In this document: in pieces, positions 18,441 to 28,955 of the stretch | Layout: the number at the start of each line of letters is the position of its first letter | Numbering within the stretch: position 1 is the stretch's first letter | NCBI GenBank assembly: GCA_002840305.1 | Contig: PHAI01000001.1 | Location: 29,734-93,733 of the forward strand | DNA from: Candidatus Falkowbacteria bacterium HGW-Falkowbacteria-1 | GTDB lineage: Bacteria > Patescibacteriota > Patescibacteriia > Patescibacteriales > UBA12465 | Direction: 5' to 3' | Length of the DNA: 64,000 bases | Notes under the pieces: model-generated | Told to the model about the DNA's origin: nothing | The model's database searches: none | The model's input: the letters and a program-made list of their open reading frames with translations, nothing else | Made by a program: the position numbers and the translations under genes

Positions 18441-18857
18441 ATGAAAAAAGCTAAGTATTTTTTTCTAGCGTTTTTGTTCTCTTTTTTTGTTTTTAATTTT
18501 TCTTTAGATTGCGTACGTGCTGCAAGTTTGTGGGATCAACAAGATATGTTGGGCGGAAGCGTCGCCACTACTTTTGGCGAAAGCAAAGCGAGCCCGACCG
18601 ATATAAGATATAGAATTGTAAAAATAATAAATTCAACTCTTGGAATCTTGGGTTTAGTAGTAGTTGTTTTAATAATTTTTGCTGGCTTTAAATGGATGAC
18701 TGCCGCTGGAAATGAAGAAAGCATAAGTTCAGCTAAGGCTATTTTAAAGAATGCGATTATTGGTTTAATTATTATTACTTTTGCTTGGTCGGTTACCTTG
18801 TTTATTATAAAACGGTTAGATAAAAATTATAAAGAAGATTGGGGCGTTACTTTGTAA
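18441..18857 (+). CDS. TrbC/VirB2-like pilin-family membrane protein
   Basis: Signal peptide, then IIFAGFKWMTAAGNEE.I..AK..LKNAIIGLII two-TM motif. Confidence 0.8.
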   Translation: MKKAKYFFLAFLFSFFVFNFSLDCVRAASLWDQQDMLGGSVATTFGESKASPTDIRYRIVKIINSTLGILGLVVVVLIIFAGFKWMTAAGNEESISSAKAILKNAIIGLIIITFAWSVTLFIIKRLDKNYKEDWGVTL

Positions 18858-19049
18858 TAAACAAAATTACAGCAACGTTTCTTTCCTGGGTCACTAGCAT
18901 TTTATAACTCTTGTATTTTTTTAAATTATTTATTATAATATACTCATAAAGCTAATTGATAATACAATTAGCTTTAATTTTAGGTATTAATTAAAAGGAA
19001 TCGTTGTTAAATTTTTTATTAAAATATTTAATGGCGGTCTTGTAAAAAT

Positions 19050-20459
19050 ATGTCAGAATTAATTAGCGCTATCAAACAAGTTTGTGAGGAAAAAAAAATT
19101 GATTATGATTTGGTCGTTTCTGCTATCGAGTCTTCTTTGGCGGCAGCATATCGCAAAGACTATGGAAATAAATTGCAGAATATAAAGGTTAATTTTAATC
19201 CTGAAACAGCTAAATCTAAAATTTATGACGTAAAAACAGTCGTGGAAGACTTGTCAGAGGAAGAAAATTTAGAAATTGAAAGACAAAGAGAAGAATTCGA
19301 AAACAGAGAAAAAAACAAAAAAGAGAGAGTCGTTAGGGAAAAGGAAGTTGAAAAAAGAGAAGAAGTTAGAAATGAAGAGCGCGATGAAGATGAAAAAAGA
19401 TTCAATCCTAAAACCGAAATACAACTGAAAGACGCTTTAATTATAAAAAATGATGTAAAAGTTGGAGAAGAGATAGTTTTTGAGCTAGAAGAGCCAGAGG
19501 GTTATGGAAGAATGGCCGCACAAACCGCCAAACAGGTAATAGTCCAAAAAATTAGAGAAATAGAAAAAGAGACCATATTTAATGAATTTAAGGACCAAGA
19601 AGGAGGCGTTGTGAGTGGTATAATTCAAAGAGTTGAAGGAAGATTGGTCTTTGTTGATCTTGACAAGGCCATTGGAATACTTCCAATGGATGAACAGATA
19701 CCGAACGAAAGATACACTATTGGAAATAGAATTAGAGTTTTTATAAAAGAGGTTCGCTCTGGTATTAGAGGTGCAGAAATAATATTGTCTAGAAAATCTG
19801 AAGAAATTGTAAAGCAAATATTTATGATGGAAATCCCAGAATTATCAAATGGACTTATTGAAATAAAAAATATTGCTAGAGAGGCCGGTTCTAGATCTAA
19901 AATAGCCATTTTTACGGATTCTGAAAATATTGACCCGGTCGGTTCTTGTGTCGGTCAAAGAGGAGTTAGAATTCAGACAATTATAAGCGAGTTAGGCGGA
20001 GAAAAAATTGATATAGTTGAATATAGTGATGACCCAGTAAAATATATTGCTAACGCTTTGGCACCTGCCAAGATTATTAATATAAGAATTGATGAAAAGT
20101 CAAAGAGATCGATAGTTAAAGTTGAACCGGATAAATTGTCTCTAGCGATTGGTAAGGCTGGCCAAAACGCCAGGTTAGCAGCTCGCTTAACAGGCTGGAA
20201 AATAGATATTTTGCCTTATATAGAAGGAGAGGAAGCGGTTGTTGAGAATAAAATCGAAACATCAGCAGAGATGGATAATATCGAGCTAGGCAATACTAAT
20301 GAAGAAGAAAATAAAGATAAAAAAGAAACGAAGGGAAAAGAAAAAAAAGAAAAAGTAGCCAAGGAAAAACCTGTTAAAGAAAAAACGGTCAAAGAAAAAG
20401 CAGTGACCAAGGATAAAAAGGAAACAAAAGAAAAGAAAGTAAAAAAATCAAGTAAATAA
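19050..20459 (+). CDS. nusA: Transcription elongation factor NusA
   Basis: GRMAAQTAKQVI, AREAGSRSKIA, VGSCVGQRG, LAIGKAGQNARLAARLTGWKIDI. Lys-rich tail. Confidence 0.97.
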   Translation: MSELISAIKQVCEEKKIDYDLVVSAIESSLAAAYRKDYGNKLQNIKVNFNPETAKSKIYDVKTVVEDLSEEENLEIERQREEFENREKNKKERVVREKEVEKREEVRNEERDEDEKRFNPKTEIQLKDALIIKNDVKVGEEIVFELEEPEGYGRMAAQTAKQVIVQKIREIEKETIFNEFKDQEGGVVSGIIQRVEGRLVFVDLDKAIGILPMDEQIPNERYTIGNRIRVFIKEVRSGIRGAEIILSRKSEEIVKQIFMMEIPELSNGLIEIKNIAREAGSRSKIAIFTDSENIDPVGSCVGQRGVRIQTIISELGGEKIDIVEYSDDPVKYIANALAPAKIINIRIDEKSKRSIVKVEPDKLSLAIGKAGQNARLAARLTGWKIDILPYIEGEEAVVENKIETSAEMDNIELGNTNEEENKDKKETKGKEKKEKVAKEKPVKEKTVKEKAVTKDKKETKEKKVKKSSK

Positions 20460-20560
20460 TATAATTCAAATAATTTATTTAATCTGATTATTTTGGTTTA
20501 TTTAAAAATTACTTTTTATAGTAAGCATAATTAATTAACCAAAATAAAAATTTAAAAAGT

Positions 20561-22546
20561 ATGATCGAAGTTTTTATTATTTCCAGCGCTTTGTTGGCCA
20601 TAATTTTTGGAGCAGTTCTTATTCGTTCAATTTTAAAATTACCAAAAGGTAATGAAAAAATGCAAGAAATTGCAGCGGCTATTCAGGCCGGTGCAAAAGC
20701 TTTTTTAAATCGTCAATATAAAACCGTTGCTATAGTGGCTCTGGTTTTATTTGTAATTATTCTTTTTGTTCCTTCCCTAGGATTTAAAACGGCCTTAGCC
20801 TTTCTTATTGGTGCCTTTTTGTCAGCTTTAACAGGTTATATCGGAATGCATATTAGTGTTAGAGCTAATGTTAGAACCACCGAGGCTGCTAAGCATGGCT
20901 TGAACAAAGCTTTAAACGTAGCCGTTAGAGGCGGTAGTATAACCGGAATGTTGGTTGTTGGTTTAGCCTTGCTTGGAACCGCTGGTTTTTACTTATTGAC
21001 TAAAGACTTACATGCTTTGATTGGTTTTGGTTTTGGAGGATCTTTAATTTCTATTTTTGCTCGTTTAGGTGGGGGTATTTATACTAAGGCAGCAGACGTT
21101 GGCGCCGATTTGGTTGGTAAAGTTGAAGCTGATATTCCTGAAGACGATCCAAGAAACCCAGCGGTTATTGCTGACAATGTTGGTGATAATGTTGGTGATT
21201 GTGCAGGTATGGCCGCCGATCTTTTTGAAACTTATGCCGTTACTTCTATTGCTGCCATGGTTTTAACTGTAATATTTTTTGGCGATTCTCAAGAAAAAAT
21301 ATTATTGCCTTTGTTTCTTGGTGGAATTTCTATTATTTCTTCTATCATTGGTATTTTCTTTATCAGACTGGGGAAAAATAAAAATATTATGCAAGCTTTG
21401 TATAAAGGATTGTTTGCCTCTGGTCTTATATCTGCGATAGCCTTTTATCCGGCTATAAAGTGGTTCATGGCTGATAATTCAGTTTTTCCTTTTGTTAATA
21501 TTTATTTAAGTGCTTTGATAGGTTTAGTCGTTACTGCTTTGATGGTGGTTATAACTGAATATTATACTTCTACCAAATTTGAACCGGTAAAGAGCATCGC
21601 CGAGGCCTCTAAAACGGGTCACGGAACAAATGTTATCGCTGGTTTGGCTGTCTCTATGAAGTCGACTATGTGGCCAGTATTGGTAATAGCAGCGGCTATC
21701 TTGGGAGCTTATAGTTTGGCCGATTTATATGGAGTAGCTATTGCTGCCGTAGCCATGCTTTCTATGGCCGGCATAATTGTTACCATTGATTCTTATGGAC
21801 CGATTACAGATAACGCTGGTGGTATCGCTGAAATGGCAGAATTGGGTGAGGATGTTAGAAACATTACCGATCCTTTGGACGCAGTTGGAAATACCACCAA
21901 AGCCGTAACCAAGGGATATGCCATTGGAAGCGCGGCTTTAGCAGCTTTGGTTTTGTTTGCTGACTTCACTCATAGAGCTGGAGAAAAATATGTTTTTGCT
22001 ATTGATAATCCTTACGTTTTGGCTGGTTTGTTTATCGGTGGATTGCTTCCTTACTTATTTGGTGCTATGGCGATGAAGGCGGTTGGTAAATCAGCCGGTT
22101 CCGTAGTAGAAGATGTTAGGGCTCAATTTAAAGAGAAGCCAGGGATTATGAGTGGTACTGAAAAACCTGATTACGGTAGAACGGTTGATATTGTCACAAA
22201 ATCGGCTTTAAAGGCCATGATAGTTCCGGCCTTAATCCCCGTTGTTGCTCCGATACTTGTTGGTTTTTTATTGGGAGTTGAAGCTTTGGGCGGATTACTT
22301 ATTGGTTCAATTGTAACGGGTATTTTTGTGGCTATTTCTATGACTTCAGGTGGTGGAGCATGGGACAATGCTAAAAAATATATAGAGTCTGGTCATTTTG
22401 GTGGTAAAGGTTCTGATGCTCACAAAGCTGCGGTTACGGGAGATACTGTTGGAGATCCATACAAAGACACTGCCGGTCCAGCTATTAATCCAATGATCAA
22501 GATCGTCAATATTGTAGCATTACTTATTATTGGTTTATTGCTTTAA
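20561..22546 (+). CDS. hppA: Membrane H+-translocating pyrophosphatase (K+-independent type)
   Basis: [20 protein letters not shown], and GNTTKA (Lys at the K+-dependence position). Confidence 0.95.
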   Translation: MIEVFIISSALLAIIFGAVLIRSILKLPKGNEKMQEIAAAIQAGAKAFLNRQYKTVAIVALVLFVIILFVPSLGFKTALAFLIGAFLSALTGYIGMHISVRANVRTTEAAKHGLNKALNVAVRGGSITGMLVVGLALLGTAGFYLLTKDLHALIGFGFGGSLISIFARLGGGIYTKAADVGADLVGKVEADIPEDDPRNPAVIADNVGDNVGDCAGMAADLFETYAVTSIAAMVLTVIFFGDSQEKILLPLFLGGISIISSIIGIFFIRLGKNKNIMQALYKGLFASGLISAIAFYPAIKWFMADNSVFPFVNIYLSALIGLVVTALMVVITEYYTSTKFEPVKSIAEASKTGHGTNVIAGLAVSMKSTMWPVLVIAAAILGAYSLADLYGVAIAAVAMLSMAGIIVTIDSYGPITDNAGGIAEMAELGEDVRNITDPLDAVGNTTKAVTKGYAIGSAALAALVLFADFTHRAGEKYVFAIDNPYVLAGLFIGGLLPYLFGAMAMKAVGKSAGSVVEDVRAQFKEKPGIMSGTEKPDYGRTVDIVTKSALKAMIVPALIPVVAPILVGFLLGVEALGGLLIGSIVTGIFVAISMTSGGGAWDNAKKYIESGHFGGKGSDAHKAAVTGDTVGDPYKDTAGPAINPMIKIVNIVALLIIGLLL

Positions 22547-22636
22547 TAACAAGTTAAAACATAAAGATAAAGGGTATTTTAATGCCCTTTATTTTATGGT
22601 ATAATTCTTTTTAGATTAGTATTAATTTTTCGAAAT

Positions 22637-23944
22637 ATGAATATCACAAGAAAAGATCTAGAAAAAGGGCAAATTGAATTGAATGTTGAATTAAGTGTAG
22701 ACGAACTTAAACCTCTAATGGAAAAGGGAGCAGAGTCTATTTCCAAAGAAGTAAAAGTAGAAGGATTTCGTCCTGGCAAGGTTCCTTTTGATGTTTTAAA
22801 ACAAAAAGTTGGCGAATTGGCCATACTTGAGGAAGCTGCTAAATTGTCTATCAATAAAAATATTTATAAAGTTTTAGAAGATAATATAAAAGATAAACAA
22901 GTTGTTGGACAACCAGAAGTAGAGATTACCAAAATTGCCGTTGGCAGTCCCTTAGAATATAGAGTAAGAGTTAATATTTTGCCTGAAGTTACAGTTGGAA
23001 AATATAAAGATTTTGATTTTAAGCAAGAAAAATTGGAAGTAACAGAGGAAGAAATAAGCAAAGTCTTAAACGATTTAATTGAAATGAGGGCCAAGGAGAA
23101 AATTTCCGACAAGACCATTGAAAAAGGAGACAAAGTTATTGCTAGTGTTAATTTGTTTATAGAGAATGTTCCAGTTGAAGATGGACAAAATCCAGAGGTT
23201 ACAATAATGATTGGCAAAAATTATTTCGTGGATGGTTTTGACAAAAATTTGATTGGATTAAAAAAAGGAGATAAAAAAGAATTCAATTTAGTTTATCCAG
23301 ATAAACATTGGCAGAAGAATTTGTCCGGCAAGCTAGTTGATTTTAAAGTAGAAATAAAAGAAGTTTATAGCCGAGAGTTGCCGGAGTTAAATGATGAGTT
23401 GGCCAAAATTTTTCAATTTAATAACATGGAGCACTTAAAAGAAAATTTGTCCAAAACTATTGAATCTCAAAAAAAGAGAGAAATGGACCAGAAAATGGAG
23501 GTCAAAATTTTAGATAAGGTAGTAGACAATTTTAAATTTGGCGACATTGCTGAAAGTTTAATAAAAAGTGAAGCGTCTTTGATGATGAGGGAAATGGAAC
23601 AAAGCGTCGTGTCTCAAGGCGGTAAATTTGATGATTATTTAAATAGTATAAATAAAACACAAAACGAGTTGATGTTAGAAATTTTACCAGGAGCGACAAA
23701 AAGAGTGAAAAGTGCTTTAGCCATGAAAGAGATAGCTGAGATAGAAAAGATATCAATTTCAGACGCAGAGATGGAAAAAGAATTGGATAGTTTGAAAAAA
23801 AAATATGGACACGATTCTAAGGTCATCGAAAATCTTTCAAGCGCTCACTATAAAGCTTATTTAGAGAACATGATGTTAAATCAAAAAACAGTTGAAGCTT
23901 TAAAAAAATGGAATATAAAAGATGAAAATTCTAGCGATAAATAA
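22637..23944 (+). CDS. tig: Trigger factor
   Basis: GFRPGKVP ribosome-binding motif and FKBP-like middle domain. Confidence 0.95.
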   Translation: MNITRKDLEKGQIELNVELSVDELKPLMEKGAESISKEVKVEGFRPGKVPFDVLKQKVGELAILEEAAKLSINKNIYKVLEDNIKDKQVVGQPEVEITKIAVGSPLEYRVRVNILPEVTVGKYKDFDFKQEKLEVTEEEISKVLNDLIEMRAKEKISDKTIEKGDKVIASVNLFIENVPVEDGQNPEVTIMIGKNYFVDGFDKNLIGLKKGDKKEFNLVYPDKHWQKNLSGKLVDFKVEIKEVYSRELPELNDELAKIFQFNNMEHLKENLSKTIESQKKREMDQKMEVKILDKVVDNFKFGDIAESLIKSEASLMMREMEQSVVSQGGKFDDYLNSINKTQNELMLEILPGATKRVKSALAMKEIAEIEKISISDAEMEKELDSLKKKYGHDSKVIENLSSAHYKAYLENMMLNQKTVEALKKWNIKDENSSDK

Positions 23945-24395
23945 AAAAGCCAGTTTTGATTATCAAATCTTGGAAACATATGAGGCCGGAATTGTTTTGT
24001 TTGGTTACGAGGTAAAGTCCGTTAGGTTAGGGCAAACAAATTTAAAGGCCTCTTATATTTCCTTTAAAACCAATAAAAAAGGTAAAAGCGAAGCTTATTT
24101 AATAAACTCCTATATTCCTCTTTATAAACCAGCGGGGATCAAAGATGATTATAACACCGAGAGAGAAAGAAAGGTTTTGTTAAAAAACAAAGAAATCGAT
24201 TATTTGACTATAAAAAAGCAGGAAAAGGGCTTGACAGTTATTCCGATTAAGTTATATACTAAAGGCAGTTTTATAAAGTTAGAATTGGCTGTCGTTAAGG
24301 GAAAAAAGAAATTTGATAAGCGTGATGATTTAAAGAAAAAGGATGTAGACAGACATTTAAGAACTTTGACAAAACAAAAAATACGAACAAATTAG
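23922..24395 (+). CDS. smpB: SsrA-binding protein
   Basis: NKKASFDY, EAGIVL.G.EVKS, KGKKKFDKR. Directly upstream of tmRNA. Confidence 0.96.
   Translation: MKILAINKKASFDYQILETYEAGIVLFGYEVKSVRLGQTNLKASYISFKTNKKGKSEAYLINSYIPLYKPAGIKDDYNTERERKVLLKNKEIDYLTIKKQEKGLTVIPIKLYTKGSFIKLELAVVKGKKKFDKRDDLKKKDVDRHLRTLTKQKIRTN
24231..24260 (+). promoter_or_regulatory. Possible tmRNA promoter inside smpB
   Basis: TTGACA-18 nt-TATACT. Confidence 0.5.
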
Positions 24396-24400
24396 ACATT

Positions 24401-24787
24401 GGGGATGTCTTGGGTTCGATGATAAGATTCTTTTTAAGCATTCAAGACGTGCTGAGTAATCACGTAAAACTTATTCAAAAAATAAGTGCAAAAAACACTT
24501 TAAAGAAGGCTGCTTTCTCATGGAAAGTTCCAGCTTTCGCTCCTGTTGTAGCTTAATAAAATAGCTCAACCATCGGCCTGGTAACTCCTTATAGCCAATC
24601 GCCGGTGTCATTTATAAGGATAGAATTTTTGGGTATCTTTCTCTAAAAATTCGAAGAAAAAGAAAGATAAGCGTTATTTCGTTTCGCTCAATTTTAGAAG
24701 TAATGCCGAAAAAATAACAATTGGGCTACTCTTGTAGTGGTGTTTAAAAAAACTTGTTAGACACGGGTTCAATTCCCGTCATCTCCA
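24401..24787 (+). ncRNA. ssrA: tmRNA; encoded tag AKNTLKKAAFSWKVPAFAPVVA (24488-24556)
   Basis: GGGGATG 5' end pairs with 3' CATCTCCA. T arm GGGTTCAATTCCC. AATAAGT|GCA resume context. Tandem TAA stops. Confidence 0.93.
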
Positions 24788-24796
24788 CATTTTTAG

Positions 24797-24922
24797 CTGA
24801 GATTATTGAGATCGTTGAGATTATTAAGATCCTTTGGGTGTTTAATTTTATTTTTGTTTAAAAAAGTAAGGTTTTTAAATCCTAAGAATCTTAAGGCTCT
24901 TAAGAATCCTAAGAATCTTAAT
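24797..24922. repeat. Inverted pair of 9-nt tandem arrays
   Basis: (T/C)TGAGATYN units at 24797-24840 face AATCYTAAG units at 24878-24922. Confidence 0.75.
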
Positions 24923-24928
24923 TCTTAT

Positions 24929-25012
24929 GCCGTGGTGGCGGAACTGGTAGACGCGCTGGACTTAAAATCCAGTGATAGTAATATCGTGGGAGTTCGATTC
25001 TCCCCCGCGGCA
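24929..25012 (+). tRNA. tRNA-Leu (TAA)
   Basis: GCCGTGG/CCGCGGC acceptor stem, CTGGA-CTTAAAA-TCCAG anticodon arm, long variable arm. Confidence 0.95.
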
Positions 25013-25023
25013 CATTGAGTCAA

Positions 25024-25095
25024 GCGGGTATCGTATAGTGGTTATTATGCGACCTTGCCAAGGTCGAGAGACGGGTTCGATTCCCGTTACCCGCT
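25024..25095 (+). tRNA. tRNA-Gly (GCC)
   Basis: GCGGGTA/TACCCGC acceptor stem and CGACC-TTGCCAA-GGTCG anticodon arm. Confidence 0.95.
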
Positions 25096-25130
25096 CATTA
25101 TTTAGTATTAAAATTAATTTTCATAAAAAG

Positions 25131-25697
25131 ATGAGAAGAAAGTTCAGATTTCCAAAAGTAGACAAAAGACAAAATGAAAAACAATTTAATGCCAACGAAA
25201 AAATAAGGGCTGAAAAGGTTTTTTTAATTAATGAAGATGGTGAGAATGTAGGAGTAATGGAGACCTATAAGGCCTTGCAAATAGCCCAAGAGGCTGGTTT
25301 TGATTTGGTTGAGGTAAACCCTAAAGCCGAAATTCCAGTTGTTAAGATATTAGACTTGGGTCAGTTCAAATATGAACAAGATAAAAAGAGACATAAACAG
25401 AAAGTCTTACAAAAAAAAGTGGAGATTAAAAATATCAAAGTATCCCTTAGAATTAGCGGCCATGATTTTGATGTTAGAGTAGAACAAGCAGTCAAATTTT
25501 TGACCAAGGGCAACAAGGTTAAAATAGATTTAAATTTGCGAGGAAGAGAAAAACAGCATTTTGATAAAGCCAGGGAGGTTATTTCGGATTTTTTGCTTAG
25601 ATTGAAGAGTAATGGTGATTTGTCCATAGAAGAAGAACAGGTATTGACAAAACAACCAGGAGGATATACTATGATACTAGCCAATAAGGCGAAATAA
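25131..25697 (+). CDS. infC: Translation initiation factor IF-3
   Basis: NEKIRA..V.LI...GEN.G, DLVEV.P....PVVKILD.G.FKYE, LRGRE. Start trimmed to ATG 25131 because the ORF-track start overlaps the tRNAs. Confidence 0.93.
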   Translation: MRRKFRFPKVDKRQNEKQFNANEKIRAEKVFLINEDGENVGVMETYKALQIAQEAGFDLVEVNPKAEIPVVKILDLGQFKYEQDKKRHKQKVLQKKVEIKNIKVSLRISGHDFDVRVEQAVKFLTKGNKVKIDLNLRGREKQHFDKAREVISDFLLRLKSNGDLSIEEEQVLTKQPGGYTMILANKAK

Positions 25698-25763
25698 TTC
25701 AGGAGCAGGATTGTAGCCTGATTTTTTAGCTTTTAAATTGTAATAAATTATAATAATATAAAT

Positions 25764-25961
25764 ATGCCGAAAGTAAAAACTCATAAAGCGACAGTTAAGC
25801 GTTTTTCTAAAACAGCTACAAAGAAAATAAAGCACAGAAAAGGAGGTCAAAATCATTTTAATTCTGGGGAGTCTGGTAATACAACGAGAAGCAAGAGAAG
25901 AGACATGACTATCACCAAGACCTTGGAAAAAACAGTCAATAGACTGACTCCGTATAACTAA
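25764..25961 (+). CDS. rpmI: 50S ribosomal protein L35
   Basis: MPKVKTHKATVKRF and infC-rpmI-rplT order. Confidence 0.95.
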   Translation: MPKVKTHKATVKRFSKTATKKIKHRKGGQNHFNSGESGNTTRSKRRDMTITKTLEKTVNRLTPYN

Positions 25962-26058
25962 TAAAATTATTAAAATTTTTAAGATTTTTAGGGTGTTCAA
26001 CTTCATTTTTATCTAAAAAAGCAAGATTTAAAAACCCCAAAAATTCTAATATAAAAAT

Positions 26059-26412
26059 ATGCCAAGAGTAAAAAGAGGAGTGATGCACTCCAAGAGAAGA
26101 AAGAAATTGTTAAAACAAGTAAAAGGTTATAAATGGGGACGAAAAAATTTAATAAAACTAGCTCAAACAGCTCAGACTAAAGCTGGCGCTCATGCTTTCA
26201 TGGATCGTCGCAAGAAAAAGAGAACTAATAGAGCTTTGTGGCAAATAAAAATAAATGCTTTCGTTAGAGAATTCGGCTTGTCTTATTCAAGGTTTATGGA
26301 CGGTTTAAAGAAAAATAATATAGAAATAGATAGAAAAATATTAGCCGACTTAGCAGTTAATAATAAAAAAGTCTTAAGCAAGATAGTGGAAAAAGTTAAT
26401 GTAAAAAAATAA
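26059..26412 (+). CDS. rplT: 50S ribosomal protein L20
   Basis: MPRVKRG, DRRKKKR..RALW..KINA, IDRKILADLAV. Confidence 0.97.
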   Translation: MPRVKRGVMHSKRRKKLLKQVKGYKWGRKNLIKLAQTAQTKAGAHAFMDRRKKKRTNRALWQIKINAFVREFGLSYSRFMDGLKKNNIEIDRKILADLAVNNKKVLSKIVEKVNVKK

Positions 26413-26416
26413 TAAT

Positions 26417-26632
26417 ATGACCTGGATTAAAATAAGTCAATTAATAATCTCAATTCTTTTAATTGTTGTTATACTGCTTCAGAATAAAGGCGCCGCCCTG
26501 GGAGGGGTTTTTGGTGGTAGCGGAACGGTTTTTTTGACTAAACGAGGAATTGAAAAAAAACTATTTATTCTTACTATAATATTGGCAGTACTATTTTTTG
26601 CCAACTCGGTTGCAAATTTGCTTTTAAATTAA
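26417..26632 (+). CDS. secG: Preprotein translocase SecG
   Basis: ILLQ.KG..LGG.FGG between two TM segments. Confidence 0.92.
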   Translation: MTWIKISQLIISILLIVVILLQNKGAALGGVFGGSGTVFLTKRGIEKKLFILTIILAVLFFANSVANLLLN

Positions 26633-26683
26633 TATTTTTTATTTTTAAAATTTATAAATAGGCAAATTATAAAAACTCTTATT

Positions 26684-28813
26684 GTGAATTTAACTAATAG
26701 AAGAAAATTTTTTAATCAATACTTAAAAGAAAGTAAAAACGGTTTTGTTTTTAAGCTTTTTTCTTTCTTTAAGAAGAAAAAAGGCTTGGGTATAAATGAG
26801 AATCTAGATGCTTATGATAGTTTAGATAAAAAACTTGTATATTCACTTTCCCCACATAAAACACCCAGTCTAAGACAGATAAAATATGTTAAGAAGGTTT
26901 TATCAAATAATGAAAAAATAATAATTTATACTTCATTATTTATTGTTTTTTTAGCTTTAATTTTTTTAGCAGTAAATTTTTATAGGAAAAATTTGGAGAT
27001 TGTCCCGGCTTACGGTGGTGAATATTCTGAGGCCATATTAGGTTCTCCTAAAAACATAAATCCTCTTTATGATATTGCTCGTGACGCTGACAAGGATATT
27101 AGTCGTTTAATTTTTTCCTCTTTGTTTAAAAGAGACAGTAATGGTTTATTAACAAAAGATTTGGTTAAAGATTATAGTGTTAGCGAAGATGCGAAGGAAT
27201 ACACTTTTGAAATAATACAGGGCGTTTTATGGCACCATGGAGAAAATTTGACGGTTGACGATATTGTCTTTACTTTTTCAGCTATTAAGAATCAAGAATA
27301 TGGATCACCACTTAGAAATTCTTTTGTTGGAGTAGAAATTGAGAAGATAGATGATTTTAACTTTAAATTTGTTTTATCTGAACCTTACGCCGCCTTTTTA
27401 GATTTATTAGTTTTTGGTATTATTCCACAAAATCTTTGGATGAATATTGATCCGAAGAACGCTCCATTGGCAGAATTAAATTTGGAACCGATAGGTTCTG
27501 GTCCTTACAAGTTTAAGTCTTTGACTAAAAACAAGTTAGGAGAAATAAAAGAAATGTCCTTTGTCGCAAACGAAGATTATTATGATAAGGTTCCTTATAT
27601 TAGTAATATAAATTTCAAATTTTTTTCTTATTTTAGTGAATTGACTGGAGCATTAAACAATAATTTGGTTGATGGGATAAGCTATTTGCCTCATAGCTCA
27701 AAGGACGATTTAATATCGCAAAATTCACTTAATTTTCATCAGCTCAATTTGCCCCAGATAGCCTCTTTGTTCTTTAATCAAAAGAGCAGCTCGTTTTTAG
27801 AAGACAAGAATATTAGGAAAGCCTTGGCTTTGTCTATAGACAAAAAAGCTTTAATAAATGATATTTTTTCTGGGAATGCTGGGTTGGCGTATGGTCCTAT
27901 TTTGCCTAATAGTTTCGCCTATAATAGTGAAATAGAGAAATATGATTATAACATTGAAGAGGCAAAGAGGTTGCTAGACGAGTCAAAGTGGCTAGAAGCT
28001 GAAATGACTGAAGACGATTTAGCAAAAATAAGAAATCTTATTTATTTGGAAAACAATAAGGTTGAAAAAATAGAATTAAACACAGAGCAAGAGGCTAGCG
28101 ACGTTGTTGAAATTGAAGATAATTCTCAGGCGGTGTTAGACTATGATCAAAAGCTATCCGAAGCCTCTGAATCAGTTAAAGAACTTGAAAATTGGGAGCT
28201 AAAGAAAAAAATAATAAGTGATTTGGACAAAGACAATTATGAATTATCTGGGAAGTGGAGATACAAGATTTCGAGCGATAAAGAAAAGAAGTATGATTAT
28301 TTGTTCGTAAAACTTACAACTGTTGATCTGTCAGATAATATTGATGTGGCTAATTTTATTAAGATTTCATGGGAATCAGTTGGCGTTAAAACTTCTATAA
28401 AGATAATTAATGCTGGTCAGATTCAAACTGAGATTATAAAAAATAAAAGTTTTGAAATTTTACTTTTGAGTCAGGTTGTTGGTAATGATCCAGATTCTTA
28501 TCTTTTTTGGCATTCATCTCAATCTGGTGAAAATGGTTTAAATATCACTTCTTATAGAAACAGAGACGCTGACAAGCTTTTGGAAGAAGCTAGAATGACT
28601 CTTAATCTTGATGAAAGGATTGAAAAATACAAAAAATTTCAGGAAATATTAAATAATGATTTACCGGCTATTTTTCTTTATTTTCCGACATATACTTATG
28701 TTCAAATTAAAGAAATAAAAGGTTTTGACGTGCTTGGAATCTCAGATCCAGCTGATAGGTTTAACAATATTTCCAATTGGTATATAAAAATTAAAAGAAA
28801 AGTCAATTTTTAG
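26684..28813 (+). CDS. Family 5 ABC peptide substrate-binding protein
   Basis: GGEYSE, WHHGE.LTVDDIVFT, PIGSGPYKF, D.LLEEAR...R...Y..FQ....DLPAIFL. N-terminal TM anchor. Confidence 0.9.
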   Translation: MNLTNRRKFFNQYLKESKNGFVFKLFSFFKKKKGLGINENLDAYDSLDKKLVYSLSPHKTPSLRQIKYVKKVLSNNEKIIIYTSLFIVFLALIFLAVNFYRKNLEIVPAYGGEYSEAILGSPKNINPLYDIARDADKDISRLIFSSLFKRDSNGLLTKDLVKDYSVSEDAKEYTFEIIQGVLWHHGENLTVDDIVFTFSAIKNQEYGSPLRNSFVGVEIEKIDDFNFKFVLSEPYAAFLDLLVFGIIPQNLWMNIDPKNAPLAELNLEPIGSGPYKFKSLTKNKLGEIKEMSFVANEDYYDKVPYISNINFKFFSYFSELTGALNNNLVDGISYLPHSSKDDLISQNSLNFHQLNLPQIASLFFNQKSSSFLEDKNIRKALALSIDKKALINDIFSGNAGLAYGPILPNSFAYNSEIEKYDYNIEEAKRLLDESKWLEAEMTEDDLAKIRNLIYLENNKVEKIELNTEQEASDVVEIEDNSQAVLDYDQKLSEASESVKELENWELKKKIISDLDKDNYELSGKWRYKISSDKEKKYDYLFVKLTTVDLSDNIDVANFIKISWESVGVKTSIKIINAGQIQTEIIKNKSFEILLLSQVVGNDPDSYLFWHSSQSGENGLNITSYRNRDADKLLEEARMTLNLDERIEKYKKFQEILNNDLPAIFLYFPTYTYVQIKEIKGFDVLGISDPADRFNNISNWYIKIKRKVNF

Positions 28814-28955
28814 ATTTTTTTAAACCTCTTACATTTATAAAATTTCGCTTTAAGCGATATCTCAAAAATTAAATAACAATTATTTTTAAACTATTTTTTT
28901 ATTTTAGAATTTATTTTAAATAAAAGAACAAAATTCAAATAATTTTCAAAGTATT

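Noticed and set aside
24806..25130. ORF 24806..25018 and the N-terminal extension of the infC ORF from 24972
   Set aside because: They are read-through of 9-nt repeats, tRNA-Leu and tRNA-Gly. IF-3 similarity starts after 25131.
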